NCBI GenBank assembly: GCA_963817955.1 | Contig: CAWFQK010000001.1 | Coordinates: forward strand, 21,675 to 85,674 | DNA length: 64,000 bases | Reading direction: 5' to 3' | DNA from: an uncultured Gemmatimonadaceae bacterium | GTDB lineage: Bacteria > Gemmatimonadota > Gemmatimonadetes > Gemmatimonadales > Gemmatimonadaceae | In this document: piece after piece, positions 36,742 through 44,835 of the stretch | Layout: every line of letters begins with the position of its first letter | How positions within the stretch are numbered: the first letter of the stretch is position 1 | Notes under the pieces: generated by a model | What the model was told of the DNA's origin: nothing | The model's input: only the letters and a program-made list of their open reading frames with translations | Databases searched by the model: none | Made by a program: the position numbers and the translations under genes

Positions 36742-36969
36742 TCACCATCGCTGTTCCAGCAGCCGAACGATCTCTCCCGGCTCGGCGTGCCGTTTGGCCT
36801 TCGATTTCTCGAATACGGGTTCGCCGTCGGCGAGCACCTCGAACCGCCCGCCGCTTGACGGAATCATCTCGATCTGGGCTTCGGGAAAGCGTTCACGAAT
36901 CTCGGCCGCCAGCCTGGAGGCCCGAGGTTCGTAGTTTCATATGGTGCAGTATTCAATGGAGAGATGCAT
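36742..36969 (-). CDS. SelW/Rdx-family selenoprotein (in-frame TGA = Sec at codon 11)
   Basis: Hand translation gives MHLSIEYCTI-U-NYEPRASRLAAEIRERFPEAQIEMIPSSGGRFEVLADGEPVFEKSKAKRHAEPGEIVRLLEQRW*. It has a CxxU redox motif and the Rdx core (G.FEV..DG...fSK). Missed by the ORF track because of the TGA at 36937-36939. Confidence 0.8.
36897..36930 (-). promoter_or_regulatory. bacterial SECIS-like hairpin
   Basis: Starts 6 nt after the UGA. GAAcCUCGG-GCC[UCCAGGCU]GGC-gg-CCGAGaUUC: an ~11-bp interrupted stem, a GG bulge, and an 8-nt apical loop containing GG. Confidence 0.55.
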
Positions 36970-37027
36970 AGGTAGCTCGTGGTTGATTGTTCGGTGCGTC
37001 TGCGTCTGGAGCGTCTACGTCCGGTCC

Positions 37028-37261
37028 CTACTTGGTCGGAATGTGGTTCACTTCGGCGATTCGCGCGATGACCGTATCCTGGTGGGCGACGACCTGGCGA
37101 AGGGAATCGACGTTCGCCTGGACCTGCGCGACGTCGTTCTTCAGGTCGCCGATCTGGGTAGCGGCGTCGTTGAGGGCCTGGATCATGTTGGCCTCAGCGC
37201 GCGGATTGGTGCAGGCCGAGAGCAGCAGTGCGGCAGAGAGCAGTAGGCGCGTTGGGCGCAT
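37028..37261 (-). CDS. small coiled-coil lipoprotein (Lpp-like)
   Basis: Lipobox MRPTRLLLSAALLLSAC followed by heptad-like helical sequence (DLKNDVAQVQANVDSLRQVV). Confidence 0.6.
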   Translation of the reverse strand: MRPTRLLLSAALLLSACTNPRAEANMIQALNDAATQIGDLKNDVAQVQANVDSLRQVVAHQDTVIARIAEVNHIPTK

Positions 37262-37344
37262 GGCGAGCGAAAGTGAAAGTGAAAGAGGTTGCTCGATGCA
37301 AAATGGTGCTGAGTTATAGCCCCGTCGAGCTTCTTTTGCGACGC

Positions 37345-37764
37345 ATGCGCCGGGCATTCACACTTCTCGAGCTCACCGTTGTCACCACGATCGCCGGCCT
37401 GCTCATGGCGATGGCCTTGCCGCACCTTGCCGGGCTCCGCAACAGTGCGGCGGTTCGCAGCGCCATGAGCGATCTGGGCGCCACGTTCTTCCAGGCACGG
37501 CAGCTGGCGATGGGGCGGCGGCTGGCTGTGGCGGTGGTGTTCGACACGGCCCACGGCACCGTCGAGCTCAGGGCAAATCGCCGACTTCTTGTCCGGCGAA
37601 CCCTGAAGTCGACATACGGGATCAGTCTTGGTGCCAACCGCGATTCGGCGGTGTATGACGCGAGGGGACTGGGCTATGGTGTGTCTAATATCACCGTTAC
37701 GGTTCGGCGCGGTGAATACACCGACACGTTGACCATGGCGCGGCTCGGCCGCGTGAGGTGGTGA
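37345..37764 (+). CDS. GspH/FimT-family pseudopilin (prepilin-type N-terminal methylation domain)
   Basis: MRRAFTLLELTVVTTIAGLLMAMALP prepilin motif. Confidence 0.7.
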   Translation: MRRAFTLLELTVVTTIAGLLMAMALPHLAGLRNSAAVRSAMSDLGATFFQARQLAMGRRLAVAVVFDTAHGTVELRANRRLLVRRTLKSTYGISLGANRDSAVYDARGLGYGVSNITVTVRRGEYTDTLTMARLGRVRW

Positions 37765-37884
37765 CAAGTGCTTATTCTGCCGATGTTTCGTCCCATATTT
37801 CGGATGGGATAGCACCACAGCCGATCACCGCGGGCAAAGCCCGATGTGACGTTCGCCGGACGGGGGTGGGTTATAGAGCCAGAG

Positions 37885-38424
37885 ATGAGCGACGATGCAG
37901 CCGACGTTCAACGCGTGTTGGCGGGAGACGCTGATGCATACGCCGCACTCGTTGACCGGTATTACGATCGGTGTGCTCGATTCGCGGTTCGCATGTTGGG
38001 AAGCCGCGACGACGCGGAAGATGCGCTGCAAGCCACCTTCTTGCGGGCGTATCGGGCACTTGATCGGTATCAGGAGCGCGATCGATTCAGTGCGTGGCTG
38101 TATCGGATTCTGGTGAATCAGTGCCGGAGCGTCGCCGCGCGCCGCGCGCATCGTGATCGGGTGTTTGTACGCGAGGAAGCATTGCTGCTGAATGCACCGG
38201 ATCTGTCGGTGTCGTGGTCAGCGGAAGACGAGGAATATGTTCAGCGCGTGCTCAATGAGTTGGACCCGTTGTTGCGAGAAGCATTTCTGCTGAAGCACAT
38301 CGAAGAGTTGAGTTACGAGGAGATGTCGGCGTTGACCGGTGTTGGAGTCTCCGCGTTGAAGATGCGTGTCAAGCGCGCGTGCGATCGGCTGCGCGAAAGG
38401 TGGGAGCGGATCAAGGATGATTGA
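37885..38424 (+). CDS. ECF sigma factor (sigma-70 family)
   Basis: Region 2 DAEDALQATFLRAYRALDRYQERDRFSAWLYRILVNQCRS. Region 4 LSYEEMSALTGVGVSALKMRVKRA. Confidence 0.85.
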   Translation: MSDDAADVQRVLAGDADAYAALVDRYYDRCARFAVRMLGSRDDAEDALQATFLRAYRALDRYQERDRFSAWLYRILVNQCRSVAARRAHRDRVFVREEALLLNAPDLSVSWSAEDEEYVQRVLNELDPLLREAFLLKHIEELSYEEMSALTGVGVSALKMRVKRACDRLRERWERIKDD

Positions 38425-39013
38425 CTCGAATCAGGACTCGCAGGACACATATATCGAATGGCTCGCCCGTGAGGCACGCCGCCCGGTCGCAACTGACCCT
38501 GCGGCGCGTGCGCGCATCATGGCGGCTGTTCGCATGGAGCCCGTCCCGCATCGCCACCACGGCTTCTGGGCGCGGCTCGGCGAGCCACGCGCGTTCTCCT
38601 TGAGTCCCGTCGGCAGCGTGTTGCTCGCGGCCGGCCTCGTCGGCATCGGAGTCGTTGTCGGCGGGATCACGAATAACCGGGACGGCCGTCAGGCCGGGCA
38701 ACCTTCGGTTGCTGTTGCTCCGCAGCTCCCGGTTTCTGACACGGTCGTCAAGTTTGTCTTCATCGCTCCGCAAGCCGGACAAGTCTCGGTGGTTGGTGAT
38801 TTCAACGGCTGGGATGCGACGAAGACGCCCATGGTTCGCGCAGCAAACAGCGGACTGTGGACGGTGGCATTGCCACTGACGGCTGGTCGCCATGTGTACG
38901 CGTACGTCGTTGATGGTTCCTGGAGTGCCGATCCGAGCGCGCCGCTCGCGCCCGATGATGGGTTCGGCCATGCCAATTCCGTCAAGATCGTTCGGAAAGG
39001 ATCTGCGCTGTGA
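38417..39013 (+). CDS. putative anti-sigma factor with extracytoplasmic CBM48/AMPK-beta-like glycogen-binding domain
   Basis: ATGA overlap with the sigma gene. One TM helix (VLLAAGLVGIGVVVGG). C-terminal VSVVGDFNGWDATKTPM...GLWTVALPLTAGRHVYAYVVDGSWSADP. Confidence 0.65.
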   Translation: MIDSNQDSQDTYIEWLAREARRPVATDPAARARIMAAVRMEPVPHRHHGFWARLGEPRAFSLSPVGSVLLAAGLVGIGVVVGGITNNRDGRQAGQPSVAVAPQLPVSDTVVKFVFIAPQAGQVSVVGDFNGWDATKTPMVRAANSGLWTVALPLTAGRHVYAYVVDGSWSADPSAPLAPDDGFGHANSVKIVRKGSAL

Positions 39014-39702
39014 TTCCCGACGTCGGACTCTTTCGGATCCCCTCATTCTTCCGCCGCACGGTGGGACTGTCCATTCCCACAGTCGCCTTCGTGTTGGCGA
39101 CTGCGTTACCGCTCGCGGCGCAAGACCCCGATCCGTTCGCTCGCCTCGAGCCGAACGTGCGGTTCTCCATCGAGTTGCTCATGGACTCGGCGGCCTCCTC
39201 GGGGCTTCCCGCGCAGGCGCTGCGGTCCATGGCGCTTCAAGGCATCGCCAAGAAGGCGGATGGCAAGGACATCCTCAGGGCGGTGCACAAGGAATTCATT
39301 CTGCTGCGCGTCGCCCACGCCACGCTTGGCTCGGTGGACGCGGGAGAGCTCTCGGCGGCGGCGGCCGTTCTGCAGGCAGGCGCCAAGCAGAACCAGCTCG
39401 CGGCGTTCAAGGGCCGGCAGAAGGGTCGCAACGATCTCGAGGCATTCACCGTGTGGGCCGACCTGATCACACGGGGAGTTCCCAGTGAAGATGCGTCCTC
39501 AGCCATTACCAAGCTCTGGCAGGACGGGGCCGATGACGAAACGTTCCTCAGCTTGTGGAAGAACGTACAATCGGACATACTCCAAGGATTGAATCCGGGC
39601 GCTGCACTGCAGAACCGGATCCGGGAGACCCCCACCCCCGGGCGGACACCACCAAAAGTTTCGCCGCCCGCGGGGCAGCAGGAGAACCAAAGCTCGAGAT
39701 AA
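39010..39702 (+). CDS. hypothetical secreted protein
   Basis: GTGA overlap with the upstream gene. Signal-like TVAFVLATALPLAAQ. Helical. Confidence 0.5.
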   Translation: MIPDVGLFRIPSFFRRTVGLSIPTVAFVLATALPLAAQDPDPFARLEPNVRFSIELLMDSAASSGLPAQALRSMALQGIAKKADGKDILRAVHKEFILLRVAHATLGSVDAGELSAAAAVLQAGAKQNQLAAFKGRQKGRNDLEAFTVWADLITRGVPSEDASSAITKLWQDGADDETFLSLWKNVQSDILQGLNPGAALQNRIRETPTPGRTPPKVSPPAGQQENQSSR

Positions 39703-39703
39703 A

Positions 39704-40990
39704 ATGGACGAGCCGAAGGTCGCCATCCTGATACTTGCTGCAGCGCTGCTGGTTCCCGTGAGAGGGGAGCTTGCAGCGCAGATTGTCTCCAAGGTGGAGG
39801 CCGGGCAGTACACAGTATCGAGCGGTGCCCTTCCGGTGAGTGCGTTGCGCTTTGCGCCCACCGTCCAATTCGAGGCGCCCTATACCAAGATCACGGCGCA
39901 CGGCTCCGCGCTCGTCACGGAGCAGAATCTCCAGCTCGCCGATGGCATTGTTTCCGGCACGTTCACGTCGCCTACTGTTTACGGTGTCCGCGCCGAGATG
40001 ATCGGCAATGCTAGCCGAGCGATGGATGATCGCTCGCTGGGCACCGATCAGGTGGACGTCCAGACACGCGTGCATGTGCTCTTTCACCAACACGGCGGCG
40101 TCTGGTTCGGCGGCGGAGTGGCGCGGCCCTGGCGTGTTGCCGTGATCTCGTCGGCCGACCTGACCGACGCCGGTGCCTGGGCAAAAATGGGCGGCGCAAC
40201 GTCCAGATTCGGCGCTGCTACGTTGACCGCCACATTCACGAATTTCTCGTTCACGAAAGTGGCTTCGGTCACTGACAGCGGAATTACATCGTTGTCGTGC
40301 GCGACTGGTTCCCTGACGCCCGATGTCAGCAGCAACAGTGTCCGTCCGCTGTTCGTCGAAAGCGTCAATCCGAGTGCGTGCGAGCGGCAGTCTCGATTCG
40401 GCGACCTCGAGGGGTCGGTCCATTGGGAGATCGGCGTCATCGAGCTGAATGCCCAGGTCGGCCGACGCTTCGGCGACTCATACGACGTGACGCCAGACTC
40501 CCGTGAGTGGAGCGCCGCGAGCGCGACGATCTGGCTCAACGACCGAATCGCAATCGTCGGCGGCGGTGGCCGTCAGCCCGCACTACCCTTGCGCGGACTT
40601 CCCGCGCGGAGCTACGCCATGGGCGGCATCGAGCTCGCCTACTGGCCGATATCGAGGCCAGCGAGCGTTCCAGTTTCCCTGCCGCGCGCAGCGTTGTTGA
40701 AGAGCTTCGAGGTACGCCCTGCTGCGATGGGCATGCAGAAGCTCACCATTCGCGTGGGCGGTGTGGAGACGGTAGACGTCATGGGCGACTTCAGCGATTG
40801 GAGCCCGCTCACACTGGCCCGCAAGGGACGCGACCTGTGGGAGCTGTCTATCCCCCTGTCAGCTGGCATGCACCAAATCAACGTGCGCGTCGATGGCGGT
40901 CCGTGGATGGCCCCGCCGGGAATCCCGTTGATGCACGACAACTTCAATGGTGATGTGGGGCTGATCGTGGTGACCGGGGATAGGCTGTAA
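39704..40990 (+). CDS. hypothetical exported protein with C-terminal CBM48-like domain
   Basis: Signal peptide. Beta-rich body. C-terminal VDVMGDFSDWSPLTLARKGRDLWELSIPLSAGMHQINVRVDGGPWMAPP. Confidence 0.55.
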   Translation: MDEPKVAILILAAALLVPVRGELAAQIVSKVEAGQYTVSSGALPVSALRFAPTVQFEAPYTKITAHGSALVTEQNLQLADGIVSGTFTSPTVYGVRAEMIGNASRAMDDRSLGTDQVDVQTRVHVLFHQHGGVWFGGGVARPWRVAVISSADLTDAGAWAKMGGATSRFGAATLTATFTNFSFTKVASVTDSGITSLSCATGSLTPDVSSNSVRPLFVESVNPSACERQSRFGDLEGSVHWEIGVIELNAQVGRRFGDSYDVTPDSREWSAASATIWLNDRIAIVGGGGRQPALPLRGLPARSYAMGGIELAYWPISRPASVPVSLPRAALLKSFEVRPAAMGMQKLTIRVGGVETVDVMGDFSDWSPLTLARKGRDLWELSIPLSAGMHQINVRVDGGPWMAPPGIPLMHDNFNGDVGLIVVTGDRL

Positions 40991-41007
40991 GGCCTGGACG
41001 AGGTTCG

Positions 41008-41382
41008 TTACCGTCCATCGCCCGTCAGTTCCGACCAGCGATCCACCGCTCGCCGCATGTGCGGAATGACGATCGACCCACCGACGATCAAGCCGATGGA
41101 CAGCGTTTCGAAAATGGCGTCGCGAGCCACTCCCTCCTCGGCGCAACGCACCAGGTGATACGTCACGCAATCGTCGCAGCGTAGCACCAGGGATGCGACG
41201 AGTCCCAGCAGCTCCTTCGTCTTCACGTCCAACGCGCCCGCCTCATAGGCACGGCCGTCGAGTGCGAAGAAGCGGTTGATCACGAGATTGTCTTCGCCGA
41301 GTATCTCGGCGTTCATCCGCTCCCGATACGCGCGAAATTCGGAGAGTGCGTTGCCATGGGCGTGATCGGTGGTATCGCTCAT
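41008..41382 (-). CDS. carboxymuconolactone decarboxylase / AhpD-like family protein
   Basis: CMD domain with the CDDCVTYH CxxC motif. Confidence 0.8.
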   Translation of the reverse strand: MSDTTDHAHGNALSEFRAYRERMNAEILGEDNLVINRFFALDGRAYEAGALDVKTKELLGLVASLVLRCDDCVTYHLVRCAEEGVARDAIFETLSIGLIVGGSIVIPHMRRAVDRWSELTGDGR

Positions 41383-41960
41383 TGTTTCCAGCTCCTCAGG
41401 GTGTCGAGCGTCTGTTCGACTGCCAGCCGCTGTGCCGGGTGCTCTGCCTCGGCGAGCAAGCCTTCGTACGTGGCAATGGCCAGTTCGAGCGCCACCGGAT
41501 CCTCCTCGTCGTTCGCCAGGCTGGTGGCGTTGTCAGCCAGCGCCGCGCGCGCCAGCTGATCGGCGGGAAAGTGCTTCGTCACCTCCCGCCAGCGATCGAC
41601 GCGCTTACGCAGATCGCTTTCCGCGAGTGCCCACATGTGCCAGGCGCCCCGGTTCTCAGGGTCGATCTGCTTGGCCCGCGCAGCGAGTTGCCCGACGACA
41701 GCCGGGCCGCGCCCCGTGAGCCAGTACGAATTTGCCAATACCACCATCGCCTGCGCGTCGTTCGGCAACTCGCCAACGATCCGCTCGTACAACGGAATGA
41801 TGACTTCGGGCATCTCGCGGTACGACTGTGCAGCCGTCTCGAGGGCCTCCGGTGCTGTTCGACTGGCGAGCGCCTTGAGCCGGTCGAGGAGAATTCCCAG
41901 GTCGCCGGAACGTTGGTATTCCTCCACGTAGGAGGTCAGTTCGTGCGAGGGATCAGACAC
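41379..41960 (-). CDS. hypothetical helical (TPR-like) protein
   Basis: 4-nt overlap with the downstream CMD gene. The start is uncertain (GTG at 41993, 41960 or 41927), and the 5' end runs into the heptamer repeat. Confidence 0.5.
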   Translation of the reverse strand: MSDPSHELTSYVEEYQRSGDLGILLDRLKALASRTAPEALETAAQSYREMPEVIIPLYERIVGELPNDAQAMVVLANSYWLTGRGPAVVGQLAARAKQIDPENRGAWHMWALAESDLRKRVDRWREVTKHFPADQLARAALADNATSLANDEEDPVALELAIATYEGLLAEAEHPAQRLAVEQTLDTLRSWKQ

Positions 41961-42185
41961 GGGATCGAGATACGGGATTGAGACACGGGACACGGGACAC
42001 GGGACACGGGAAACTCACAACGCATAACGCACCACTGGAAACTCGAAACTCGCCGACCGGCGGGCCGGTCGGTACGGAGCAGCCAGCGACATCCAGCCAG
42101 ACTAGAGGCCGGAGTCCAATCTCGCTGTACCGGCCGGCGGGAGTGGCCGGCAAACCACGCCCCCCCGCGCGACGATTATGGAGTC
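41955..42185. repeat. solo copy of the heptamer-tipped repeat element
   Basis: Degenerate then perfect GGACACG heptamers (41955-42015) followed by GAAACTCACAACGCA..ACTGGAAACTCGAAACTCGCCGACCGG..TACGGAGCAGCCAGCGACA.CCAGCC..CCGGAGTCCAATC. About 85% identical to the right arm of the 51.7-52.1 kb element (reverse complement). Confidence 0.85.
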
Positions 42186-42188
42186 GCG

Positions 42189-42383
42189 TTAGCCATCGCG
42201 GAGCTTGTCGCGCAGCGCATCTACGCGCGCCAGGAGGGCCTTGGGGTCGGGTGGTGTGGCCGCCACGACCTGTTCGAGGGCCACGAGGATCTCGCTGTTC
42301 AAGCTGCGGCGATGCTCGGCGGGGCGTTCCTTGAGTCGCAAGTAGAGGGCGTCGGGCATCCCCTTTATGGTCAGGGTCGGCAT
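42189..42383 (-). CDS. Arc/FitA-type ribbon-helix-helix antitoxin-like protein (orphan)
   Basis: MPTLTIKGMPDALYLRLKERPAEHRRSLNSEILVALEQ is the RHH pattern of FitA/VapB-type antitoxins. No PIN toxin lies downstream. Confidence 0.7.
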   Translation of the reverse strand: MPTLTIKGMPDALYLRLKERPAEHRRSLNSEILVALEQVVAATPPDPKALLARVDALRDKLRDG

Positions 42384-42538
42384 GTGGTCTCGGCAGAGAA
42401 ATCCATTGTGGTACCACTCTGGAGCCTATCATTGGTGGCAGTCGATGGCCAAGGACCAGTAGACGCCCTCAGCGACCTCCGCCGTAACAGCCTTCTTCGC
42501 CGTCGCGGCAACCAGCTTTCGACAGTCCCAGGAACCCA

Positions 42539-42863
42539 TCAATTTGCCCACTCATTTCCGCGATGGCCCAAAAATAGGCACACGGCACGAAGTTCGCAGC
42601 GCCGGGTATCAAGGGAAAGGGAGAATCCAGGGTTGCGCCAGACGCGATAGTTGGCGATACTCTTGGCGTACCGCCGGTACGACCGCGACGTCGTCCCTCC
42701 GGCCCGCACACCCAGGGTCCCGGGTCGCTTGCTGATTGAGCAACCAGGGTTGGGCGTCGAGAGCCGCGCCGTAGCGCCAGCATCGTTGAATTCGCGTGAG
42801 GTGTCCGCGCGCCGACGATTCCGACAGCAGAACATACGTCGCGTCGATTTTTTTATCCGTCAT
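42539..42863 (-). pseudogene. possible decayed ParE/RelE-like toxin gene (frameshifted)
   Basis: Frame A gives MTDKKIDATYVLLSESSARGHLTRIQ...PGCAGRRDDV. Frame B continues SYRRYAKSIANYRVW. Together they resemble ParE (A..DL..I ... RDD ... YRR......YRV), but no single frame is intact. Confidence 0.3.
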
Positions 42864-43020
42864 TGATCGCGTTTCTTCGCCCGCAGAGCGTTAGCCGCGA
42901 GCGATCCCGACGAGCGTAGTCCATGAGTGCGCACATGCGTTGGACACGACTCGAGCAGAGGCAGGGCCCGCGCAGCGCGGGCGCATCCGAAACAGATTCA
43001 CCTTTTTACCCAACAGTAGC

Positions 43021-44727
43021 ATGAACGAACGTCGACGCCCCCCTCGTCGTGGACGCGGGCAACGTCCGCCTCGCTCCAATGGAGAGGCTGGTGACAACCC
43101 GTATCGCGAGGAAACGGAGGGTGCCGGTGGCGGCGAGGCTGTAGCCGAGCGCGTCACTCAGACCGAAGCGGAACCGGATTCTGCACCGAAAGCAGAGCGG
43201 TACGCACCCGCCGAAGCGCCACTGCCTGAGGCGACGGAGAGCCGAGACGAGCCGCGCACCCGTCCTAACCGCGACGAGAACGGAGCGGATTCCGGAACCA
43301 ACACCAGAGCCGACGGCGGCGAAACTTCCCCCGTTGGTCAGAGTCAGTCGACGCCCGTTGCCCCACGCGACCGCGCTGAACGACTGGACCGCGGGGACCG
43401 CGGAGATCGCGGAGACCGCGGAGATCGCGGAGACCGCGGAGACCGCGGAGATCGCGGAGACCGTGGAGATCGCGGAGACCGCGGAGATCGTGGAGACCGG
43501 GGCGACGGACGCAATGGACGCCGTCATCGTCGCGGTCGTGGACGCGGTGGTCCGCGCACCAGAGAGGCGGTTCAGCCGCAGGCGCCGCAACAGACCGTCC
43601 AGATCACCGCAACAGGTGAGATGCGCGGCTGGTTCGAGGGCGCCCGCGACGCCGGCTTCATTCGCCGGCCGGGCAATAGTTATCTCGCCGACGCCGGCGA
43701 TGCGTACGTTCCACCCCAGATCGTCCGCCAGTACGCGCTCCGTCGCGCCGATCTCATTGACGCGACCATCGGCATTGATCCGCGTGGCCGGCCAACCGTG
43801 GTCGAGATCCGTTCGATCAACGATGTCGATCCGGAGCTCGCAGCCAAACGTCCGGACTTCAACTCGCTCCCGGCATCCTACCCCGAGCGTAAGCTGTACA
43901 TGGAGACGGGACGTCCCGCCAAAGGCGGCCCGGAACTCACGCGCCGCGCCATCGACCTCATCGCGCCAATCGGATATGGCCAGCGGGCGCTGATCGTCGC
44001 GCCAGCCCGTGCCGGCAAGACCACCATATTGCACGCCATCACAGAAGGCGTCGCGATCAACCATCCCAACGCAACGCTGCTCATTCTGCTCGTCGACGAG
44101 CGTCCTGAGGAAGTCAGCGAGGCCATCTCGTGGGGTGTCGGCGAGGTTGTGTCATCAAGCTTCGACCAGCCAGCCCAGCGTCATGTGGAAGTGACGGAAA
44201 TGGTGCTCAACCGTGCTCACCGTCTCGTGGAGATGGGCAAGGACGTGGTCATCGTACTCGACTCGCTCACCCGCATGGCCCGCGCGCACAACACGGCGGA
44301 ACGCGGCACGGGGCGCACCCTCTCGGGCGGCCTCGATGCGACGGCAATGGCGAAGCCAAAGGCGTTCTTTGGATCCGCTCGCTCCATTCCCGATTCATCG
44401 GGTGGTGGTTCCCTCACGATCATCGCCACGGCGCTCGTCGAAACCGGCTCGCGCATGGATGACGTAATCTTCGAAGAGTTCAAGGGCACCGGGAACTGCG
44501 AGATAAAGCTCGATCGTGGCCTGGCGGAAAAGCGCATCTATCCGGCGATCGACATCGGGACGAGCGGCACGCGTCGCGAAGAGAAGCTCTTTCGCCCCGA
44601 CCAGATCGACAGTGTCTTCACGCTCCGCCGCGGCCTGAGCCAGATGCCGCCGCAATCGGCAATGGAGTGGTTGATCAAGCGGATCGCGGCGACGCCGAGC
44701 AATGACGCCCTCCTGGCAGGTTTGTAG
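43021..44727 (+). CDS. rho: transcription termination factor Rho with long R/D/G-rich N-terminal insertion
   Basis: Rho RNA-binding and ATPase motifs: GFIRRP, ALIVAPARAGKTTIL, LLVDERPEEV, DSLTRMARAHN, GGGSLTIIATALVETGSRMD, and KRIYPAIDI. Confidence 0.93.
   Translation: MNERRRPPRRGRGQRPPRSNGEAGDNPYREETEGAGGGEAVAERVTQTEAEPDSAPKAERYAPAEAPLPEATESRDEPRTRPNRDENGADSGTNTRADGGETSPVGQSQSTPVAPRDRAERLDRGDRGDRGDRGDRGDRGDRGDRGDRGDRGDRGDRGDRGDGRNGRRHRRGRGRGGPRTREAVQPQAPQQTVQITATGEMRGWFEGARDAGFIRRPGNSYLADAGDAYVPPQIVRQYALRRADLIDATIGIDPRGRPTVVEIRSINDVDPELAAKRPDFNSLPASYPERKLYMETGRPAKGGPELTRRAIDLIAPIGYGQRALIVAPARAGKTTILHAITEGVAINHPNATLLILLVDERPEEVSEAISWGVGEVVSSSFDQPAQRHVEVTEMVLNRAHRLVEMGKDVVIVLDSLTRMARAHNTAERGTGRTLSGGLDATAMAKPKAFFGSARSIPDSSGGGSLTIIATALVETGSRMDDVIFEEFKGTGNCEIKLDRGLAEKRIYPAIDIGTSGTRREEKLFRPDQIDSVFTLRRGLSQMPPQSAMEWLIKRIAATPSNDALLAGL
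43387..43506 (+). repeat. tandem 9-bp coding repeat GACCGCGGA/GATCGCGGA encoding (DRG)n inside rho
   Basis: About 13 units, translating to DRGDRGDRGDRGD.... Confidence 0.9.
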
Positions 44728-44835
44728 ACATCGGGTATAAGGCAAACTCTTCTGGCCTTGGGCGGCCGGCCGAGTCAGCCATTCCCCGCCTGTAGCGACC
44801 AAGCGGTCTAGGCCTTGCTGGTTCGCGGCAGCGCC

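Noticed and set aside
36586-36858. The + strand ORF 36586-36858 (90 aa).
   Set aside because: It is antisense to pfkA's 5' end and to the SelW-like gene, and it shows no motif.
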